A DNA stretch of 34,164 nt from Gemmatimonadales bacterium. GTDB lineage: Bacteria > Gemmatimonadota > Gemmatimonadetes > Gemmatimonadales > GWC2-71-9. This document shows, piece after piece, positions 16,828 through 23,933 of the stretch. The notes under the pieces are model-generated. The model did no database searches, was not told where the DNA came from, and saw nothing but the letters and a program-made list of their open reading frames with translations. The DNA lies in contig DATDFP010000282.1 of NCBI GenBank assembly GCA_036522535.1, forward strand, positions 1 to 34,164, read 5' to 3'. Numbering within the stretch: the stretch's first letter is position 1; every line of letters starts with the position of its first letter. Position numbers and translations under genes: made by a program.

Positions 16828-18384
16828 CTACGGGACGGCTTCGTGCACCCAGTAGAGCCGCACCCACACCGTGTCCTGCTCGAACACCTGCCGCGGTACT
16901 CTCGCGCGCACCTCGGCAGCCAGGACGGCTTCGGCGTCGTTCGCTGGTGCAAAGTCGTTCCACTGCACGATCCACTGCGGGCGCTGGAACGGCAAGGCAT
17001 GGTCACCCGGGACTCTGGTCGTGTCGTCGGCGAACGGCCCGAACGACGCCGTGGCGTAGCTCCGCAGGCGGTCTTTCCCGAGCCCCGACTGCACCAGAAC
17101 CCGTTGATAATCGAGCGGCGTCATCTCGAGCGTCCGCAAAAACCGGAGGCCATACTGGGCCGCGGCCGGGCCGCGCACTTTCTCCAGGTTGGCTAGCCAG
17201 CTCGCCGCGTCGAACCCCCGCGCCAGCACCACCGCCCGCTCCCCGGGCGCCATGTGGTAATGGAGATAGCGCGCCACCCGGTAGCTCAACGCGGCGTACG
17301 GCTCCGCGGTGGCTCGGTGGACGGAGCGGTCGGCCATCCACAGCCCGGTGCCGACGGACAAGGCCGTGATCGCGTGCCGGAATCGCATTAGGGCGCCAAG
17401 GCCGAGAGCGGCGAGCACCGTGATTCCCACCACCAAGACGTGCGCCTCACGCGTGGTCACGAAACGATCAGGCTGGTCACTCATGCCGTGCGCCGAGAAG
17501 AGAATCGCGATCAGGAAGAGGGCGAGGAATGCCGCCAGCATCCCCCAGGCAGGGTCGCGGATGAGGCGCTGGCGGAGGAACACCCAGGCGCCGAGAGCCG
17601 CCAGCAACAGCGCCGGGAGCGGACTATTCCGAAGCGCCACCCATCCCAGGTGCGCCCAGCGCGCGAAACGCTCCGGGTTGAACGACCACTCGACCGCGAG
17701 AGTCCCCGGCGGGGTTAGGCCGCGGTTGAAAATGATCCATCCGAGCGGCGCCCAACCGACGAGAAAGCTGGCGGCGAGCACGGCTCGCGGCCGGGGCCCA
17801 GTGTGCCGCAGGTACGCGGCAGCGAGGACGGGGCAGGCCAGCCAGCCCTCGTAGCGCGTGAGGCAAGCCGCGCCGAGGCACAGGCTCGCCAGCGTCCAAC
17901 GCTCTGTGAAGGCGAAGTGAAACGCGAACAGGAGGCCCGCAACCAGGAGGATCTCCTGAAACGGGACCACGGAGTACGTGAGGAGGAACGGGTTCGCGAC
18001 GAAGAGGAGCGATGCATCGAGCGCCACGGTTCGAGTTACAAGGTTTGACATCAGAAGGTAAAAGCCCGCACCAGCAGCGGTGCCCACGGCTGCCATGAAG
18101 TAGCGGACGAGGAGCGGGTCGGCCGAAATTGCGCTGAGGTAGTGAATCGCTCCTTGAAGGAGCGGCAACTGGTGCAACAGCACGACGTGCTCCGTGTTCG
18201 CGAGCCGGAAAATCGCGTCGCCGCCGAAGACGACGGGGTAGCGGTGGATAAGGTAAAGGCGGACCAGTAGCCCGGCGGCGACCACCACGGCAATGTGTTG
18301 ACCAGGAAGCCATCGCTCATCGCCGCCGGCGCTCGACTCGGCGACGCCGGGTGGCGCACGGTGAGAAGTTCCCGGCACCCGCAT
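16828..18384 (-). CDS. Polytopic membrane protein, GT-C fold (ArnT/PMT/GT39-like) glycosyltransferase or polymerase
   Basis: About 11-13 hydrophobic helices are followed by a soluble C-terminal domain. The N-terminal region VVVAAGLLVRLYLIHRYPVVFGGDAI resembles GT39/GT83 N-termini. The ORF was trimmed to ATG 18384. The family assignment is tentative. Confidence 0.5.
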   Translation of the reverse strand: MRVPGTSHRAPPGVAESSAGGDERWLPGQHIAVVVAAGLLVRLYLIHRYPVVFGGDAIFRLANTEHVVLLHQLPLLQGAIHYLSAISADPLLVRYFMAAVGTAAGAGFYLLMSNLVTRTVALDASLLFVANPFLLTYSVVPFQEILLVAGLLFAFHFAFTERWTLASLCLGAACLTRYEGWLACPVLAAAYLRHTGPRPRAVLAASFLVGWAPLGWIIFNRGLTPPGTLAVEWSFNPERFARWAHLGWVALRNSPLPALLLAALGAWVFLRQRLIRDPAWGMLAAFLALFLIAILFSAHGMSDQPDRFVTTREAHVLVVGITVLAALGLGALMRFRHAITALSVGTGLWMADRSVHRATAEPYAALSYRVARYLHYHMAPGERAVVLARGFDAASWLANLEKVRGPAAAQYGLRFLRTLEMTPLDYQRVLVQSGLGKDRLRSYATASFGPFADDTTRVPGDHALPFQRPQWIVQWNDFAPANDAEAVLAAEVRARVPRQVFEQDTVWVRLYWVHEAVP

Positions 18385-18536
18385 CTCCGGAATGGAACAG
18401 ATGGTCAAGATGCCGCGGCTGGACCGGGTCCGCCACCGCGGCGACTTCGTTGCTACGGCCGCTCGCTGGGCCGGGCGGCACATCGTTCACGGCTGACTGG
18501 CCGGACGTTCGGAATGTCTGTAAGATCACCGACCCT

Positions 18537-19589
18537 ATGAGCGATTTCGTCCTCTTCGATCGATCGCCAGATTCGCTCTACTTCGGCGTACCGCTACGTT
18601 ACGCCGTCGACCTGCCGGTGCTGGGAATTCCCGTCAAGTTCGAATCGAACAGCCCCGCGGCGCTCGACGTCGTCGAAGGCTCGTTCGGGACCTGGCGGGC
18701 GCTGCACGGCCGGCCGGAGCTGATCGCGCCCGAAGGGGTGCGCGTGCGGCTGATTGTGCATGACGGCGACGAAGGAGGCGCGTCGCACCCTCCCCTCACC
18801 TGCCGGATGCCGGATCGCGACCGCTACATCGTCCATACTCCGGGCAGCCTCTCGATCACCGACTGCCGGCGGCGCGAGGCGGTAGCATACGTCACTCCGG
18901 CGCTGCTCGCCGATCGTGCTCATGTGCAGTACGGCGTGGTCGAAGGGATGGCGCTCTGCCTGGTCACGGCGTGCGGTCGGTATCCCCTGCATGCGGCGGC
19001 GATCGCGCGGGGAGACGTGGCGTTGCTGCTCGCCGGGCCGCCCGGCACCGGCAAGAGTACGCTCGCCTACCAGGCCGGGCGGGGCGGCTTTCGCGTCCTC
19101 TCCGACGACAGCGCCTACGTACAGCTTGAGCCTGTGTTTCGCCTGTGGGGAAGGCCGGGGCGAGTGTATCTGCCTCCGTCGGCCTGTAGCCATTTTCCCG
19201 AGCTCGCCGGCCGTACGCCGTCGCTACTCACCGACGGCAGCGAGAAAGCAGTGGTCCCAATTCCCGCCGGCTGGGAGGTGCGAGGGGTCGGTCAGACGGG
19301 GGAGGCGGGGGGAGTGGCACCGGTGGCGTCGCGCGTGGGCGTATGCCTGCTCGAGCGAACGGGTGGCGGCCAGCGCGCCCCGTTCTCCAGCCCCGCGTCG
19401 CCGCAGGAAGTGCAGTCCTTCCTAAAGGAAGGCGTGGGGATCAGCCGCGTCCGGTTCGGCGACGAGCTGGATCAAGCGCTGGCGCGAGTAGCGGGTGCAG
19501 GTGGCTGGCGGCTGTCGCTCTCACAGAATCCGGCGGACGCACTGCCGTTCCTCGAGGCGATGCTGGTGGAGCTCGAGGGGCGCGGCTGA
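18537..19589 (+). CDS. HPr kinase/phosphorylase-like (HprK-related) P-loop kinase
   Basis: LHAAAIARGDVALLLAGPPGTGKSTLAYQAGRGGFRVLSDDSAYV matches the HprK C-terminal-domain-like Walker A context. The ORF was trimmed to ATG 18537 because upstream codons overlap the divergent membrane protein gene. Confidence 0.7.
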   Translation: MSDFVLFDRSPDSLYFGVPLRYAVDLPVLGIPVKFESNSPAALDVVEGSFGTWRALHGRPELIAPEGVRVRLIVHDGDEGGASHPPLTCRMPDRDRYIVHTPGSLSITDCRRREAVAYVTPALLADRAHVQYGVVEGMALCLVTACGRYPLHAAAIARGDVALLLAGPPGTGKSTLAYQAGRGGFRVLSDDSAYVQLEPVFRLWGRPGRVYLPPSACSHFPELAGRTPSLLTDGSEKAVVPIPAGWEVRGVGQTGEAGGVAPVASRVGVCLLERTGGGQRAPFSSPASPQEVQSFLKEGVGISRVRFGDELDQALARVAGAGGWRLSLSQNPADALPFLEAMLVELEGRG

Positions 19590-19591
19590 CG

Positions 19592-20773
19592 TCAGGGCTC
19601 GGACACCGTTCTGGCGCGGGGCAGCAATCGACGCTCGATGAGAGCAGAGCCAATGAGGTGAGCCATGACCGCGCTGCCCTCCTCGGTGAAGTGGACTCCG
19701 TCCCTAAAATACTGCCGGTCGCCTGGCATCATCGTTGCCAAATCCAGAACGGGAACATCCAGCTCCCTCGCCACCCGACGTAGTACGCCGTTGTTCTCCG
19801 CGGTCCCCTCGCGAAACTCCGGTGAGCTATAGAGCAGCTGCTCCGCGAACGCGCCCGAGTAGGCAAGCGTCGCCAGCACTGGACGGACACGATGGGCCCG
19901 ACTCACGGCAATCAGCGTCCGCAGGTTCCGCTCCCAATAGGTCGGCGGATTGCTATCGAGCATGGTCCTGACTGAAACGTGGCGAAACGGCCCGGAGGGG
20001 TACGTGCCGTTCTGGAGCTGCTCCGCGAACCGGACGATGTACGATGTCGGCGGCAGAGGGCCGAGCGCGCGCGATAGCGTAGTTTGTGGGAGAACGAGAC
20101 CGGCCTTGATCATGACGGCGCGCAACAGCGTACTGCGTTCCAGGAGGGACGGCTCCTGCAGGGACCACTTTTCCCCCAAGAACCCCGAGTTATCGCCACG
20201 GTAGGCAGATGGGGGCCACACCATCCGAGTAGGAACGTCGTTGATCGCCTCGTAGAAGAACACGAGATCCGGATGAAGATCCAATACCCGGAACTCCAGG
20301 TTAAGGACCGACTCGTACGAGCTGTAGCCGCTAACGCCGGCATTCACAACCTCGATCTCGCTCATTCCCCGGGCGCGAAGCGAGTCTTGCAGCAGTGCGG
20401 GGTAGGTGAAACGCCAATCTTCGATACCATCCCCGTACGTCGTCGAGCCTCCGAGACACACGATCCGGTATGCCGTCGGAGGCTTCGGCACAGCCACCTC
20501 GGCTCCGCGAAACCCCAGAGCATTGTGTCGGTTCCGGCCCCGGGAGTAAGCGGGAGTGGGCGCGTACCCGAGGTAGCGGTGCGGCGACAGGGTAGGCTGC
20601 GCATCGGCTCGAGACCCCAGCTGGCCGATGGATGCGTACTTGAGAAACCGGTCGGGCGGGGCCAGGTACCGCAGGTAGAATCGGGTGCCTAACTCCAATA
20701 CCGCGCCCGCCAGCGCCAGAGCACCGATGGCGAGCAGCGCTCCTCGCTTTCTACCCTCCGCCATGTGTACCAT
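19592..20773 (-). CDS. SGNH/GDSL-family hydrolase with N-terminal membrane anchor
   Basis: N-terminal TM segment GALLAIGALALAGAVL. Block I-like motif RIVCLGGSTTYG, block II VVNAGVSGYSS, block III YEAINDV and block V DGVHFTEEG. An alternative start is ATG 20764. Confidence 0.75.
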   Translation of the reverse strand: MVHMAEGRKRGALLAIGALALAGAVLELGTRFYLRYLAPPDRFLKYASIGQLGSRADAQPTLSPHRYLGYAPTPAYSRGRNRHNALGFRGAEVAVPKPPTAYRIVCLGGSTTYGDGIEDWRFTYPALLQDSLRARGMSEIEVVNAGVSGYSSYESVLNLEFRVLDLHPDLVFFYEAINDVPTRMVWPPSAYRGDNSGFLGEKWSLQEPSLLERSTLLRAVMIKAGLVLPQTTLSRALGPLPPTSYIVRFAEQLQNGTYPSGPFRHVSVRTMLDSNPPTYWERNLRTLIAVSRAHRVRPVLATLAYSGAFAEQLLYSSPEFREGTAENNGVLRRVARELDVPVLDLATMMPGDRQYFRDGVHFTEEGSAVMAHLIGSALIERRLLPRARTVSEP

Positions 20774-20800
20774 GAGTCCTCGCCATCGGGCAGGCTTGCC

Positions 20801-21982
20801 TTACAGCAGTTGCCGATATATCTCCGCCGTCCGCTCCGCGGTCTTCTGCCAGGTGAACTCCCGAGCCCGGGCCCGCCCGCGCGCGATGAGGAGATCCTGC
20901 CGCGCCGGATCGTCCGACAGCGCCTCGAGCTCCTGCACGTAGGCCGCCGCGTCGCGCCCTTCCACGACCACGACGGCGTCGCCCCCCACTTCCTTCAGCG
21001 CGCCGGCGCCCGACGTCACGACCGGCAAGCCCGACGCGAACGCCTCGAGCACCGGGAACCCGATCCCTTCGTACAGCGACGGAAACAACAGCACGTCCGC
21101 CGCGCGGTAGGCCCGCCGCAACGTGGCCTCGTCGGCCAACGGGACGCTCCGCACCGCGCGACGCAGGCCCAGCCGCTCGATCAGCTGCTCCTGCTCGGCC
21201 GTGAACCGCCCGCCCACCTGCACCAGGTACGCGTCCGCCATGGCGCGGAGCCGGGCCACGGTCTGGATCACCAGGGGGACGTTCTTCCGCTCGACCGTGC
21301 TACCCACGTGGAGCACGACGAACGCGTCCTCGGGGATGCGCCAGTCCGCCCGTCCGCGCAACCGCGCCCCCGGGGACTCCGAGAAGAAGACGCGGTCCAC
21401 GCCGAACGGCACGACGCGAATGCGCCGGTCGTCGCCCAGCCACGTCGCGAGCTGGCCCTTCAGCCACTCGGTGCCCACGATGTACGCCTGCGCCAGCCGC
21501 AACGCCTTGAGCGTGCGGCGCAGGAACCGGTTGCGCAGCCCCTCGCGCCACCCGTCGGTGGGCGAGCGCAGAATGATCACCGGCATCAGGTCGTGCACCG
21601 TCACCACCACGGGCCGGCGTTGCGCCCGCGTGACCATGTGAGCGTAGGCATGATCGAGGATGTGGACGACCTGCGCCCGCTTCGCCTCGCGCCGCAGCCA
21701 CCACGGATAAAGGAGGTAGCGCGCCGCGTAGCGCTGCGGCTCGCGCAGCGGCCCGGGCAGCACCAGCCTCGTCGGGTCCACGTCCTGCGCCCACCACCTG
21801 GGGTAGCCCCCGGAGCGCCGTCCGTTCGTCGCCTCGCGCGTCAGCTCGCCGATGTGCGCCGCCAGCCGGACCTCGAAGCCCGGGCCGCTGCTCTCCAGCC
21901 AGTCGTGCAGCCGGTGGGCGTAGCGGTCCATGGAGGGCCAGCGCTCGAGCGGGAGATCGGGGACGAGGAGGACTCTGGTCAT
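20801..21982 (-). CDS. Glycosyltransferase family 4
   Basis: LLFPSLYEGIGFPVLEAFASGLPVVTSGAGALKEVGGDAVVVVEG is a GT-B donor motif. The length is typical. Confidence 0.85.
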   Translation of the reverse strand: MTRVLLVPDLPLERWPSMDRYAHRLHDWLESSGPGFEVRLAAHIGELTREATNGRRSGGYPRWWAQDVDPTRLVLPGPLREPQRYAARYLLYPWWLRREAKRAQVVHILDHAYAHMVTRAQRRPVVVTVHDLMPVIILRSPTDGWREGLRNRFLRRTLKALRLAQAYIVGTEWLKGQLATWLGDDRRIRVVPFGVDRVFFSESPGARLRGRADWRIPEDAFVVLHVGSTVERKNVPLVIQTVARLRAMADAYLVQVGGRFTAEQEQLIERLGLRRAVRSVPLADEATLRRAYRAADVLLFPSLYEGIGFPVLEAFASGLPVVTSGAGALKEVGGDAVVVVEGRDAAAYVQELEALSDDPARQDLLIARGRARAREFTWQKTAERTAEIYRQLL

Positions 21983-21989
21983 GAACCGG

Positions 21990-22095
21990 CGCTACGTTGT
22001 ACGACGCTACGTTTTACGAGGCTCGCGCGAGCATCACTTACAACGTAGCGTCGTAGCGTCGTACAACTGTGCTCAGCGTCATAGCGTCGTACAAC
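21990..22095. repeat. Intergenic hairpin element: two 15-mers (CGCTACGTTGTACGA / CGCTACGTTTTACGA), central 12-bp palindrome GCTCGCGCGAGC, then inverted copies (ACAACGTAGCG, TCGTAGCG, TCGTACAAC x2)
   Basis: Read directly. It fills almost the whole 118-bp gap between two same-strand GT4 genes. Confidence 0.65.
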
Positions 22096-22100
22096 GGCAT

Positions 22101-23204
22101 TCACCGCAGTATCTCCTCCCAAAACGCGAGCGTCCGCACGGCCACGGCGTCGTCGGAGAACAACTGCATCGCGCGGGCCCGTCCCGCCTGCGCGAACGAG
22201 TGGCGCACCTCGCTCGCCACCAGGCGCTTCAGCGCGGAGGCGAGCGCCGGCGCGTCGTCGGGAGGCACGATGATGCCGGCGTTGCCGATCACCTCGGGCG
22301 TGGCGCCCGCGTCGCTGCCCACAACCGCCACCTCGTGCGCCATCGCCTCTCCCACCACGTGGGCCGACACCTCCGCCCAATCGGGCAGTCCCCGCGACGG
22401 CTGCACGAGCACGTCGAGCTCGGCCCAGATCTTGGGTATCTCCTCGGGCGGCAGAGCGCCCACCCACCGCACGCGGGCCGCGAGCCGCAGCGCGCTCGCC
22501 AGCTGCTCCAACCGCTCGCGGTCGGGCCCGTCCCCAACCACGGTCAGGTGCCAGCGCTGCCCGCGAATCTCGGCCAGGGCCTGAAGCAAAGTATCGAGTC
22601 CCTTCTCCGGCACCAAGCGTCCGATGCACCCGATCGCGAGCCCCTCGTGATGCGAGTGTTCCGGGTTGGTCGGCACCTGCACGCCGAGCTGGGGGATCAC
22701 GCTGAGCGCCAGGTCGGGAACCGCGCGGCGCATCAGCGCGGCCGCTCCCTCGCTCGCCGCGATCGCGCCCTTGAGCCGGCGCAGGGTCCGCCGCCGGCGC
22801 CAGCGCACCAGGACGGGGAGCGGGAGGTCCACGTTCTCCCGGCTGAACAGCACCACTGAGAGCCGCAGCTTTCTGGCCGCGCGGACGACCTGCGGGCCGA
22901 CATGAGAAGTCGCGTCTTCTTCGACCTGGACTACATCGGGACGCTTGTCTCGCAACAGCGACACCAGGGCGCGCCGCGCGAACCGGGCCGCCGCCGGGTT
23001 GCGATAGCGGCGCATCTCGATGGGGAACACTTCTACCCCATTCTGCCGCTCCCAGCGCACCTCGAGCGTCCGACCCAACCCGGCTTCCTTCCAGCGCTCC
23101 GGTACGCCCACCGTGACGTCGAGCCCGCGGGCAGCAAGGGCGCGCAGCTTGCCCCGGTTGGCGGGGTTGATATAGACGTGGGAGATGATCAGAACGCGAC
23201 GCAT
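22101..23204 (-). CDS. Glycosyltransferase family 4
   Basis: N-terminus MRRVLIISHVYINPANRGKLRAL. C-terminal block VQPSRGLPDWAEVSAHVVGEAMAHEVAVVGSDAGATPEVIGNAGIIVPPDD. Confidence 0.85.
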   Translation of the reverse strand: MRRVLIISHVYINPANRGKLRALAARGLDVTVGVPERWKEAGLGRTLEVRWERQNGVEVFPIEMRRYRNPAAARFARRALVSLLRDKRPDVVQVEEDATSHVGPQVVRAARKLRLSVVLFSRENVDLPLPVLVRWRRRRTLRRLKGAIAASEGAAALMRRAVPDLALSVIPQLGVQVPTNPEHSHHEGLAIGCIGRLVPEKGLDTLLQALAEIRGQRWHLTVVGDGPDRERLEQLASALRLAARVRWVGALPPEEIPKIWAELDVLVQPSRGLPDWAEVSAHVVGEAMAHEVAVVGSDAGATPEVIGNAGIIVPPDDAPALASALKRLVASEVRHSFAQAGRARAMQLFSDDAVAVRTLAFWEEILR

Positions 23205-23211
23205 GGGCGGC

Positions 23212-23394
23212 GAGTGCGGAGTGCGGAATGCGGAATGGAGAATCTGCTGAAATGCGGAATGCGGAATGCGGAATGCGGAATGTCAGTGCGAGGGTCGAAC
23301 TCCGAGGTCGCGCTTCGACGCCATCCGATCAATTCCGCACTCCGCACTCCGCACTCCGCATTTGTGGGCATTCCGCACTCCGCATTCCGCATTT
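23212..23394. repeat. ORF-less heptamer-array hairpin: (GAGTGCG/GAATGCG)n ... 47-bp core ... (ATTCCGC/ACTCCGC)n, double-armed
   Basis: Left arrays are at 23212-23238 and 23250-23282. Right arrays are at 23330-23363 and 23370-23394. The junctions resemble those of the 4HB cassette at 30.7-31.15 kb (GGAATGCGGAATGT... and ...TCAATTCCGCA). Confidence 0.75.
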
Positions 23395-23410
23395 AGATTT
23401 AGCCCTCTCG

Positions 23411-23483
23411 CGGGCCCTTAGCTCAGCGGTTAGAGCAGCGGACTCATAATCCGTCGGTCCCAGGTTCAAATCCTGGAGGGCCC
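23411..23483 (+). tRNA. tRNA with CAU anticodon, elongator type; probably tRNA-Ile2 (lysidine-modified) rather than tRNA-Met
   Basis: It folds by hand as a 73-nt cloverleaf: acceptor GGGCCCT/AGGGCCC, D arm GCTC-AGCGGTTA-GAGC, anticodon arm GCGGA-CTCATAA-TCCGT, T arm CCAGG-TTCAAAT-CCTGG. The 1:72 pair is G-C, so it is not an initiator. It closely resembles my recollection of E. coli ileX. No encoded CCA. Confidence 0.9.
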
Positions 23484-23504
23484 ACGGACTAAAGGCTAGA
23501 AAGC

Positions 23505-23665
23505 AGGGAACGGTAACAGACGCACAGACGCACAGGGGAAAATACTAGACGCACAGACGCGGTAGACGCACAGACGCACCGGCACAGCGTCACCCGGACG
23601 GTCCTGTTCACTACGACCTGTTCACCCCTGCTGCGTCTATGCGTCTGTTGCTGTTCACCGTTCTC
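23505..23665. repeat. Imperfect palindromic element built from CAGACGCA octamer arrays and inverted TGCGTCT / CTGTTCAC copies
   Basis: AGACGC(A/G) occurs 6 times between 23516 and 23578. TGCGTCT occurs twice (23631-23647) and CTGTTCAC three times. The outer arms GAACGGTAACAG (23507-23518) and CTGTTCACCGTTC (23651-23663) are complementary apart from 1 inserted nt. The element occupies most of the tRNA-tRNA spacer. Confidence 0.55.
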
Positions 23666-23676
23666 CAGCCGTTCAG

Positions 23677-23750
23677 GGGTGGTTAGCTCAGCTGGTTAGA
23701 GCGCCGGTCTCACATACCGGAGGTCACAGGTTCGAGTCCTGTACCGCCCA
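23677..23750 (+). tRNA. tRNA-Val (anticodon CAC)
   Basis: It folds by hand as a 74-nt cloverleaf: acceptor GGGTGGT/ACCGCCC with one G-U pair, anticodon arm CCGGT-CTCACAT-ACCGG, T arm ACAGG-TTCGAGT-CCTGT. No encoded CCA. Confidence 0.9.
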
Positions 23751-23933
23751 TTCGCCTACCAGTATAGCGTTTCCTCATAACCTTTGGCTCGCCTCGCACG
23801 CCCCCCCACGGCGCACCAGCGTCCTTCAGGACGCGCTTGGGCCGAGGGCGCCGTTCAGGGCATCCAATCAATCCACGTCGGAACTCTTCCGGGGGTCTTC
23901 CAGCACCTGTCAATCTTGCGCCGGCATTCGCGG

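Noticed and set aside
18385-18536. Promoter call (TAAGAT -10-like hexamer at 18519-18524) for the HprK-like gene, and a similar TAAGAT upstream of the TonB receptor.
   Set aside because: No acceptable -35 element occurs at 16-18 nt spacing in either case, and the promoter consensus for this lineage is unknown.
23189-23449. ORFs 23189..23392 (-) and 23228..23449 (+) across the heptamer element, and 23710..23913 (-) across tRNA-Val.
   Set aside because: Their translations are repeat-derived (NAECGMRNAECG / IPHSAFRIPH) or overlap a tRNA gene. They have no RBS and no protein-like composition.
23212-23665. CRISPR array interpretation of the tandem short repeats near the tRNAs.
   Set aside because: The repeat periods are 7-8 nt with no spacers, and the units occur in inverted arrays forming hairpins. 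There are no cas genes. This is not CRISPR.
23819-23834. Small hairpin GCGTCC-TTCA-GGACGC between the convergent tRNA-Val and hldA genes as a bidirectional terminator.
   Set aside because: The stem is only 6 bp and has no U-tract on either strand. It is plausible but too weak to report as a feature.
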